NCBI RefSeq assembly: GCF_009914755.1
Contig: NC_060926.1
Origin: the human T2T-CHM13v2.0 reference genome, Homo sapiens
Reading direction: 5' to 3' (one strand)
DNA: 64,000 nt
Shown here: positions 53,712 to 64,000 of the stretch, piece by piece
Position numbering within the stretch: position 1 is the stretch's first letter
Layout of the letters: each line of letters opens with the position of its first letter
Made by a program: the position numbers and the translations under genes
Notes under the pieces: model-generated
What the model saw: only the letters and a program-made list of their open reading frames with translations
Told to the model about the DNA's origin: nothing
Database searches by the model: none

Positions 53712-54861
53712 ATTTTTTTTAACTTTTACTTCAGGGGCACATATGCAGGTTTCTTATACAGGTAAATTGCATATCATGGGAGTTTGGTGCACAGATTATT
53801 TTGTCACCCAGGTAATAAGCATAGCACTCAATAGGTAGTTTTTCAATCCTTTCCCTTCTCCCACCCTCCACCCTCAAGTAGGCCCTGGGATCTGTTTCCT
53901 TCTTTGTGCCCATGTGTACTCAACATTTTGCTCCCATCGATAAGTGAGAACATATGATATTTGATTTTCTGTTTCTGTGATAGTTTGCTGAAGTTAATAG
54001 TCTCCAGCTACATCCATGTGGCTGCAAAGAACGTGATCTCATTTCTTTTTATAAATGTGTAGTATTCCATCATGTATATGTACCACGTTTTCTTTATCCA
54101 GACTACTGTTGATGGGCATTTTCATTGATTTAATGTCTTTACTATTGTGAGTGGTGCTGCAATGAATATACGCATGCATGTGTCTTTATGTTACAATAAT
54201 TTGTATTCCTTTGGGTATATATCCAATAATGGGATTGCTAGGTCAAATAGCAATTCTAAGTTCTTTGAAAAATCTCCAATCTGCTCTTCACAGTGGCTGA
54301 ACTAAATTACATTCCCACCAACTGTATATAAGTGTTTCCTTTTCTCCATAATCTCACCAGTGTCTGTTGTTTTTTGACTTTTTAATAATAGCTATTCTGA
54401 CTAATGAGAGATGGTATCTCATTGTGGTTTTGATTTGCATTTCTCTAATGATTAGTGATGTTGAGCATCTTCTCATATGCTTGTTGGCTGTATGTATGTC
54501 TTCTTTCAAAAAGCATCTGCTTATGTTCTTTGCCCAATTTTTATTGGGGTTGTTTTTTGCTTGTTAATTTGTTTACATTCTTTATAGATTCCAGATTTTA
54601 GAACTTTGTCAGATACAAAGTTTGCAAATATTGTCCCCCATTCTGTAGGTTTTCTGTTTACTCTGTTGACCATTTCTTTTTCTGTACAGAAGCTCTTTAG
54701 TTTAATTAGGTCCAATTTGTTAATTTTTGGTTTTGTTGCAATTGATTGTGGCATCTTCATTATAAAATTTTTGCCAGGACCTATGCCTAGAATGGTATTT
54801 TCTGTAACCTTCTAGGGTGTTTATAGTTTTAGGTTTTATGTTTCTGTCTTTAATTCATCCT
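53712..54861 (-). mobile_element. L1PA15/16-like 3' portion
   Basis: ggtaaattgcatatcatgggagtttggtgcacagattattttgtcacccagg 3' UTR; ORF2 fragments ([18 protein letters not shown]). Confidence 0.88.
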
Positions 54862-57151
54862 TTTTGGTTTTAATTGATATTTATTTATTGCAGTGTTTTA
54901 TCCCTCACCGCCCTCTCCCCCTTTCCCTTGAGTTCCCAAAGCCCATTATATCATTCTTATGCCTTTGTGTCCTCATAGCTTAGCTTCCACTTATGTTTGA
55001 GAACATAACGACATTTGGTTTTCTATTCCTGACTTACTTCACTTAGGATAATGGTCTCCAATGCCATCCAGGTTGCTGCAAATGCCATTTTTCATTCCTT
55101 TTTATGGTGAAGTGGTATTCCATTGTATATACAGACGACATTTTCTTTATCCACTCATTGATTGATGGGCATTTGAGCTGGTTCCACATTTGTGCAATTG
55201 TGAATTGTGCAGCTAAAAACATGTGTGTGCAAGTATCTTTTCCATAGAATGATTTCTTTTTCTTTGGATAGATACCCAGCAATCCAGTGGGATTGCTGGA
55301 TCAAATGGTAGATCTACATTAAGTTCTTTAAGGAATCTCCACATAGTTTTCCATAGTAGTTGTATTTTCCACCAAGAGTGTAAAAGTGTTCCCTTTTCAC
55401 CACATCCATGCCAATATCTATTATTTTTTGATTTTTTGATTATGTCCATTCTTATAGGAGTAAAGTGGTATTGCGTTGTGGTTTTGATTTGCATTTCCCT
55501 GATAACTAGTGATACTGAGCCTTTTTTCATATGTTTGTTGGCCATTTGTATATCTTCTTTTGAGAATTGTCTATTCATGTCCTTAGCCCACTTTTTGATG
55601 GGATTGTTTGTTTTTATCCTGCTGATTTGTTTGAGTTCCTTGTAGATTCTGGATATTCGTCCTTTGTCAGAAGTATAGATTGTGAAGATTTTCTTACACT
55701 CTGTGAGTTGTCTGTTTACTCTGCTGAATAATTTTTTTGCCATGCAGAAGCTTTTTAGTTTAATTAAGTCTCATCTATTTATCTTTGTTTTTGTTTTGTT
55801 TGCTTTTGGGTTCTTGGTCATGAAGCTTTGTCTAAGCAAATGTCCGGAACGGTTTTTCCAATGTTATCTTCTAGAATTTTTATAGTTTCAGGTCTTAGAT
55901 TTAAGTATTTGATCAATCTTGAGTTGATTTTTTTATAAGGTGAGAAATGAGGATCCAGTTTCATTCTCCTACATGTGGCTAGCCAATTATCCCAGCACCA
56001 TTTGTCGAATAGGGTGTCTTTTCCCCACTTTATGTTTTTGTTTGTTTTGTCTATGATCAGTTGATTATATTTGGCTTTATTTCTGGGTTCTCTATTCTAG
56101 TGCACTGGTCCGTATGCCTGTTGTTTTTTTTTTGTTTTTTTGTTTTTTTGTTTTTTTTTCTTGTATGCCTGTTTTTGTAACAGAACCATGCTGTTTTGGT
56201 AACTATGGCCTCATAGTATTGTTTGAAATCAGGTAATGTAATGCCTCCAGATTTGTTCTTTTTGCTTTGTCTTGTTTTGGCTATGTGGGGCTCCTTTTTA
56301 GTTCCATATGAACTTTAGAATTGTTTTTTCTAGTCCTGTCAAGAATGATGGTTGTATTTTGATGGGAATTTCATTGAGTTTGTAGGTTGCTTTTGGCAAT
56401 ATGATCATTTTTACAATATTGATTCTATCCCTCCATGAACATCGGATATGTTTCCATTTGTTTGTGTTGTCTATGACTGCTTTCAGCAGTGTTTAGTAGT
56501 TTTCCTTGTAGATGTCCTTCACCTGCTTGGTTAAGTATATTTCTAATTTTTTTTTTTTTTTTTTTTTTGCCGCTGTTGTAAAAGGAATTGAGTTCTTAAT
56601 CTGATGCTCAGCTTGGTCGCTGTTGGGGTATAGCAGGGCTACTAATTTGTGTACATTAATTTTGTAACTTGAAACTTTGCTGAATCATTTACCAATTCTC
56701 AGAGCTTTTTGAATGAGTCTTTAGGCTTTTCTAGGTATACGATCATGTCATTAGCAAACAGCGACAGTTTGATTTCCTCTTTACTGATTTGGATGCCCTT
56801 TATTTCTTTTTCTTGTCTGATTACTCTGGCTAGGACATCCAGTACTATGTTGAATAAAAGTGGTGAAAGTGGGCATCCTTGACTTGTTCCAGTTCTCAGA
56901 AATGATTTCAAATTTTCCCTGTTCAGTATAATGTTGGCTGTGGGTTTGTCACAGATGGCTTTTATTACCTTAAGTTATGTTCCTTCTGTGCTGATTTTGC
57001 TGAGGGTTTTAATCATAAAGCAATGCTAAATTCTGTCAAATGCTTTTTCTGCATCTATTGAGATGATCAAGTTATTTTTGTTTTCAATTCTGTTTATGTG
57101 GTGTATCACATTTATTGACTTGCAGATGTTAAACCATCCCTAAATCCCTGG

Positions 57152-57483
57152 TGTATTGGTCCATTCTCACGCTGCTATAAAGAGCTGCCTAAGACTGGGT
57201 AATTAATAAAGGAAAGAGGTTTATTTGACTCACAATTTCACGAGGCTGGGGAGACATCAGGAAACTTACAATTTTGGCAGAAGGGGAAACAAACACGTTC
57301 TTCTTCATATGGTGGGAGGAGAGAGAAGTGCCGAATGAATGGTGGGGAAGTCCCTTATAAAACCATAAGCTCTCATGAGAACTCCCTCACTATCACAAGA
57401 GCATCAGAGGGAAATTGCCCCCATGACTCAATTACCTCTGCCTGGTCCCACCCTTGACACATAGAAATTATTATAATTAAAGG
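57152..57483 (-). mobile_element. THE1C/D-like MaLR LTR inside the L1PB, 5' end deleted
   Basis: tgtattggtccattctcacgctgctataaag...agactgggtaatt...caggaaacttacaat...ccttataaaaccat. Confidence 0.9.
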
Positions 57484-58909
57484 CTGGATTGTGTTAGCTT
57501 GTATTTTGTTGAGAATTTTTGCATCCGTGTTCATTGCGATATTGGTCTGTAGTTTTCTTTTTTGTTATGTTATTTCCTGGTTTTGGTATCAGGGTGATAC
57601 TGGCTTCATAGGATGATTTAGGGAGGATTCCTTCCTTCTCTATGTTTTGGAATAGTGTCAATAGGATTGGTTCCAATTCTTCTTTGAATGTCTGATAGAA
57701 TCCAGCTGTGAATCCATCTAGTCCTGGACATTTTTTTGTTGGTAACTTTTAAATTATCATTTCAGTCTCACTTCTTGTTTTTGGTCTGTTCAGAGTTCCT
57801 ATTTCTTCTTGATTTAATCTAGGTTGGTTGTATAGTTCTAGGAATTTATCTGTCTCCTCAGGGTTTTCTAGTTTCCATGTGTAAAAGTGTTTGTAGTAGC
57901 CTTGAATTATCCTTTGTATTTCTGTGGTATCAGTTGTAATACCTCCCGTTTTAATTCTAATGGAGCTTATTTGGATCTTCTGTCTTCTTTTCTTGGTTAA
58001 TTTCACTAATGGTCTATCGATTTTATTTATATTTTCAAAGAACCAGCTTTTTGTTTAAATTTCATTTAGTTCTGCTCTGATCTTGGTTATTTCTTTTCTT
58101 CTGCTGGGTTTGGGTTTGGTTTGTTCTTGTTTCTCTAGCTGCTTGAGGTGTGACCTCAGATTGTCTATTTGTGTTCTTTCAGACTTTTTGATGTAGACAT
58201 TTAATGCTGTGAACTATTCTCTTATCACCGCCTTTGCTGTAGCCCAGAGGTTTTGATAGATTGTGTCAATATTATCATTCCGTTCAAAAAATTTTTTAAT
58301 TTCCACTTTTATTTCATTGTTGACCAAATCATTCAGGAGCAGGTTATTTAATTTCCATGTATTTACATGGTTTTAAGCATTCCTTTTGGAGTTGATTTCC
58401 AATTTTATTTCACTGTGGTCTGAAATAGTACTTGATATAATTTTGATTTTCTTAAATTTGTTGAGACTTGTTTTGTGCTCTATCATATGGTCTATCTTGG
58501 AGAATGTTCCATGTGCTGATATACTGAATGTATAGTCTGCAGTTGTTGGGTAGAATGTTCCGTAAATATCTGTTAAGTCCATTTGTTCTAAGGTATAGTT
58601 TAAGTCCATTGTTTCTTTGTTTGACTTTCTGTCTCGATGACCTGTCTAGTGCTGTCAGTGGAGTATTGAAGTCCCCCACTATTATTATGTTGCTGCCTAT
58701 TTCATTTCTTAGGTCTAGTAGTAATTGTTCCATAAATTTAAAAGCTCCAGTGTAAGGTGCATATATATTTAGGATGGTGATATTTTCCTGTTGGACAAGG
58801 CTTTTTATCATTATATAATGTCCCTCTTTGTCTTTTTAAACTGCTGTTGCTTTAAAGTTTGTTTTGTCTGATATAAGAATAGCTACTCTGCTCACTTTTG
58901 GTATCCATT

Positions 58910-59022
58910 TGCATGGAATATCTTTTTCTATCCCTTTACCTTAAGTTTATGTAACTCCTTATATGTCATGGGAGGAGTTGCATAAACTTAAGGTAAAGGG
59001 ATAGAAAAAGATATTCCATGCA
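58910..59022. repeat. Inverted repeat with 50-bp arms and a 13-nt loop
   Basis: 58910-58959 is the reverse complement of 58973-59022 at 49/50 positions. Confidence 0.95.
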
Positions 59023-59782
59023 CTTGTACAGCACTTGTTGGTGAATTCTTATCCATTCTGCTATTCTGTACCTTTTAAGTGGAGCATTTAGGCCATTTAC
59101 TTTCAAAGTTAGTATTGAGATGTGAGGTACTATTCTATTCACCGTGCTATTTGTTTCCTGAATACTTTTTTTTTCATTGTGTTGTTGTTGTACAGATTCT
59201 GTGACATTTTTGCCTTAAAGAGATTCTATTTTGATGTATCTTGAGGATTTATTTCAAGATTTAGAACTTTTAGCACTTCTTGTAGTGCTAGCTTGGTAGT
59301 GGAGAATTCTCTTGGCCCTTGCTTGTCTGAAAAAGACTGTATCTTTCCTTCGTTTTGAAGCTAAGTTTCACTGAATACAATAATTGCCTTTGCTTAAGGA
59401 GGCTAACAATAGGACCCCAATTTGTTCTAGCTTGCAGGGTTTCCATTGAGAAATCTGCTGTCAATCTGATAGGTTTTCCTTTATATGTTACCTGATGCTT
59501 TTGCCTCACAGCTCTTAAGATCATTTCCTTTGTCTTGACTTTAGATAACCTGATGACTATGTGCTTAGGTGATGATCTTTTTGCAGTGAATTTCCCAGGT
59601 GTCCTTTAATTTCTTATATTTGGATGTCTAGATCTCTAGTAAGGCCAGGGATGTTTTCCTTGATCATTCCCTCAAATATGTTTTCCAAACTTTTAGATTT
59701 CTCTTTTTCCTGAGGAACATCAATTATATATTAGGTTTGGCCATTAAACATAATCCCAAACTTCTTGAAGGCTTTGTTCGTA

Positions 59783-60092
<310 letters not shown>

Positions 60093-60975
60093 CATTTTTT
60101 AATTTTTTTATTTTTATTTTTTGGCTTTGTTGAATTAGTTTAATTTGAAAGCCTTGTCTTCAAGCACTGAAGTTCTTTCTTCTACTTGTTCAATTCTATT
60201 ACTGAGACTTTTCAGTGCACTTTACAATTGTCTAAGTGTGTCCTTCATTTCCAGAAGTTGTGATTGTTTTTTATTTATGCTATCTATTTCACTGAAGATT
60301 TGTCCATTCGTATCCTGTATCATTCTTTCGATTTCTTTAAGTTGAACTTTACCCTTTCTCTGGTGTCTCCTTGATCAGCTTAATAGTCAACCTTCTCAGT
60401 GTTTTTCCTGGCAATTCAGAGATTTTATCTTGGTTTGAATTCATTGCTGGTGAGCTAGTGTGATCTCTTGGGGATGTTAAAGAAACTTGTTTTGTCATAT
60501 TACCAGAATTGTTTTTCTGGTTCCTTCTCATTTGGGTAGATTATGTCAGAAGGAAGATCTGGGACTCAAGGGCTGATGTTAAAATTCTTTTGTTCCTCGG
60601 GGTGCTCCCTTGATGTGGTGCTCTCCCCTTTCCCCTGTGGGTGGGGTTTCCTGAGAGCCAAGCTTCAGTGATTGTTATTTCTCTTCTGGATCTAGCTACC
60701 CAGTGGAGCTACTGGGCTCTGGGCTGGTACTGGGGAGTGTCTGAAGAGTCCTGTGATGTGATCCATTCTCAGCCATGGATACCAGCACCTGCTCTGATGG
60801 AGGTAGCAGGGGAGTGAAGTGGACACTGTGAGGGTCCTTGATGGTATTTTTCTTAAGTGTGCTGCTTTTGTGTTGGTTGGCCTCCAGCCAGGAGGTGGCA
60901 CTTTCAAGAGCACATCAGCTGTGGTAGTATAGAGAGGTAGCAGGGGAGTGAAGTGGACTCTGAGGGTCTTTGGTT

Positions 60976-61276
60976 GTTTTGTTTGTTTGTTTGTTTGTTT
61001 GTTTGTTTGTTTTAGACAGAGTCTCACTCTGTTGCCCAGGCTGGAATGCAGTGGCACAATCTGGGCTCACTGCAACCTTCCCCTCCTGGTTCAAGCAATT
61101 CTCCTGCCTCAGCCTCCCAAGTAGCTGGGACTACAGGCATACACAACCATGCCCGGCTTTAGTAGAGATGGGGTTTTGCCATTTTGGCCAGGCTGGTCTC
61201 TAACTCCTGACCTCAAGTGATCCACTGGCCTCAGTATCCCAAAGTGCTGGGATTACAGGCGTGAGCTACCACGCCT
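60976..61276 (-). mobile_element. AluS inside the L1PB 5' UTR, lacking the central A-rich linker
   Basis: (GTTT)n tail; gcccggct|ttagtagag junction. Confidence 0.92.
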
Positions 61277-62005
61277 ATACTGTATTTTTGTTAAGTGCAC
61301 TGGTTTTGTGTTGGTTGGCCTCCAGCCAGGAGGTGGCACTTTCAAGAGCACATCAGCTGCAGTAGCATAGGGAGGATCAGATGGTGGGTGTGGCTATAGT
61401 GCTTCCAAGAGATAACATCTTTTGTCTTCAACTACCTGGGCAGGTAGAGAAAGACCATCAGGTGGGGGCAAGGTTAGGCATGTCTGAGCTCAGACTCTCC
61501 TTGGGTAGGGCTTGCTGTGGCTGCTATGGGGGATGGGGTGTGGTTCCCATGCCAACAGAGTTATGTTCCTGGGGGATTATGGCTGTTTCTGTTGCATCAC
61601 ACAGGTCGCCAAGGAAGGAAGGGAAAGCCACAAGCCTCACTCAGCTCCTATGCAGCCCACAGCCCAAAGGGCCAGTCTCACTGCCACCGTATTTCCCCAA
61701 CAGCATCAAGTTTATTTCCAGGCAACTGGTGGGCAGGGCTGACAACTTGCCTTGGGCTGCAAGCCTCCCAGCTGAGAAAGCAAACAGACTCACAGTTCCT
61801 TAGCTGTCCCACAGAACCTCCAGTGGCAATTCAACTCCTTCAAAGGGTCTGTGGATTCCCTTGGCTTTCCTGACATGTTCCTGTGGTAGTTCTTGGAGCA
61901 AAAGTTCACAGTGGGGCTCTCCAAAGACTGCTCTGTCTGTCCGAGCGGGAGCTGCAAGTTCGTCCTACCTCGTGTTTATCATTTTCCCCCCTCTGAAAGG
62001 CTCAA

Positions 62006-63257
62006 GTCTTCAATTCATCTTGAGTTGATTTTTGTATATGATGTAAGGAACAGGTCCAGTTTCAATCTTCTGCACTTGGCTAACCAGTTATCCCAGTACC
62101 ATTTGTTGAACAGGGAGTCTTTTCCCCATTGCTTATTTTTGTTGAATTTTTTGGAGATCAGATGGTTGTAGGTAGATGGCATTATGTCTGGTCTCTCTAT
62201 TCTATTCCATTGGTCTATGTATTTGTTTTTTGTACCAGTACCATGCTGTTTTGGTTACTGTAGACTTGTAGTATAGTTTGAAGTCAGGGAACATAATGCC
62301 ACCAGCTTTGTTCTTTTTGCTTAGGGTTGCTTTACTATTTGGGCTCTTTTTTGGTTCCATATGCATTTTTAAATAGTTTTTTTTTAAATTCTGTAAAGAA
62401 TGTCATTGGTCATTTGATAGGAATAGCATTGAATCTATAAATTGCTTTGGGCAGTGTGGTCATTTTAGTAATATTGATTCTTCCTACCCATCAGCATGGA
62501 ATGTTTTTCCACTTGTTCATGTCATCTCTGGTTTCTTTCAGCAGTGTTTTGTAATTCTTGTTGTAGAGTTCTTTCACCTCCTAGGGTAGCTGTTTTCCTA
62601 GGTATTTTTTTCTTTTTGTGACTATTGTGAATGGGATTGAGTTCTTGATTTGGCTCTCAGCTTGGACATTCTTGGTATACAGAAATTCTACTAATTTTTG
62701 TATCCATAAACTTTGCTGAAGTTGTTTATCAGATCATGGAGCTTTTGGGAAGAAACTACAGGATTTCCCAAGTATTGAATCATATAATCTGTGAGAAGAG
62801 AGAGTTTGATTTTCTCTTTCTATTTAGATGATTTTTATTTCTTTCTCTTTCCTGATTGCACTGGCAAGGAGTTCCAATTTTGTGTTAAATAGGAGTGGTG
62901 AGAGTGGGCATCCTTGTCTTCTTCAAGTTCTCAAGGGGAATGCTTCCAGCTTTGGACTATTCAGCATGATGTTGGCTGTGGCTTTGTCATAGATGCTTCT
63001 TATTATTTGTAGCTATGTTCCTTCAATGCCTAGTTTGTTGAAAGTTTTTAACAGGAAGGGATGTTGAATTTTATCCAAAGCTTTTTCTGCCTCTATTGAG
63101 ATGATCCCGTGGTTTTGTGTTTAGTTCTGTTTATGTGATGAATCACATTTATTGATTTGCGTATGTTGGGCCAACTTCATATCCAAAGGATAAAGCCTAC
63201 TCGATAGTGATTGATTAGTTTTTGATGTTCTGCTGGATTCAGTTTGCTAGTATTTTG
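62006..63257 (-). mobile_element. L1PA15/16-like ORF2, continuation of 53712-54861
   Basis: Resumes at the TSD and stays collinear with ORF2. Confidence 0.88.
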
Positions 63258-63668
63258 TACCAAATACACTCTTGAACCACAGTGCAATAAAAATGTAAAT
63301 CAATACTAAGAAAATCACTCAAAACCATGCAACTACATGGAATTTAAACAAGGTTTAATTCCTGCTCCTGAATAACTTTTGGGTAAAAAATGAAATTAAG
63401 GCAGAAATCAAGAAATTCTTTGAAACCAGTGAGAACAAAGACACAACATACCAGAATCTCTGGGACATAGCTAAGGCAGTGTGAAGAGGGAAGTTTATAG
63501 CACTAAACAACCACATCAAAAGGAAAGATCTCGAATTAGCAAATTAACATCACACCTAGAGGAACTAGAGGAACAAGAAAAATACAACTCCACAGTTGGC
63601 ATAAGACAGGAAATAACCAAAATATAAGAGCCGAACTGAAGGAAACTGAGATGCCAAAAACAATATAA
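63258..63668 (+). mobile_element. L1P ORF2 segment in inverted orientation
   Basis: accacagtgcaataaaa...gaaattaaggcagaaatcaagaaattctttgaaacc (EN end/linker). Confidence 0.85.
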
Positions 63669-64000
63669 AGGCAGAGCAAGATGGTAGAATAGAAGTTTCC
63701 GTTGCTCATCCTCCATGCAAGGACAGAAATTTAAGAACTGTCTACACACAAATAAAAGTACCTTCGTAAAAACCCCAAACCTAATGAGCACTCACAGTAC
63801 CTGGTTTTAACTTCATATCACTTAAACAGGCACTGAAGAAGTAGAAAAAAAAAAAGGCTTCAATTGCTGATGCCACTGTTTCCCCCAAACCCCACCCTGG
63901 GCAGCAGCAGTATGGTGCAGAGAGAGACTTTATGTGCTTGAGAGAGGGAGAGTGTACCAATAATGAGACACTGCATTGAATTCAGTGCCTCCCTGTTATA
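63669..64000 (+). mobile_element. 5' end of an L1M1/L1MA-like element running out of the window
   Basis: gcagagcaagatgg (YY1-like start)...gagcactcacagtacctggttttaacttcatatcac. Confidence 0.7.

Noticed and set aside
55213-55743. L1 ORF2-like ORFs as an active retrotransposon
   Set aside because: All L1 ORFs are fragmented by stops, frameshifts and nested insertions.
60800-61370. ~130-bp direct repeats containing CTCF-like ccaggaggtggcac
   Set aside because: They match the tandem units I recall from L1PB 5' UTRs (second unit split by an Alu), so they are not a novel locus-specific array.

Overview
Primate (most likely human) non-coding genomic DNA. No intact protein-coding gene, RNA gene or CRISPR array is supported. 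The left ~30 kb is unique sequence interspersed with Alus, MIR/L2 relics, MaLR/ERV LTRs and old L1 pieces. The right ~34 kb is almost entirely nested retroelements: an old L1M hosting a PPIA (cyclophilin A) processed pseudogene, a truncated MLT2/HERV-L provirus, and a near full-length L1PB1 inside an L1PA15/16. The most notable observations are: (1) a ~2.2 kb ancient inversion (11984-14144) with a Tigger4/MER46 DNA transposon on one breakpoint and a TA-TG-TA footprint on the other, consistent with one-ended transposition; (2) a 50-bp near-perfect fold-back hairpin (58910-59022) inside an old L1; (3) a TATA-box promoter/enhancer candidate with FOXA/HNF4/GATA/STAT motifs (~29240-29810); (4) a perfect DR4 nuclear-receptor element (3131-3146); and (5) up to three 5'-inverted (twin-primed) L1 insertions. 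Repeat subfamily names come from recalled consensus sequences, not from a database search. Boundaries of old repeats are approximate.
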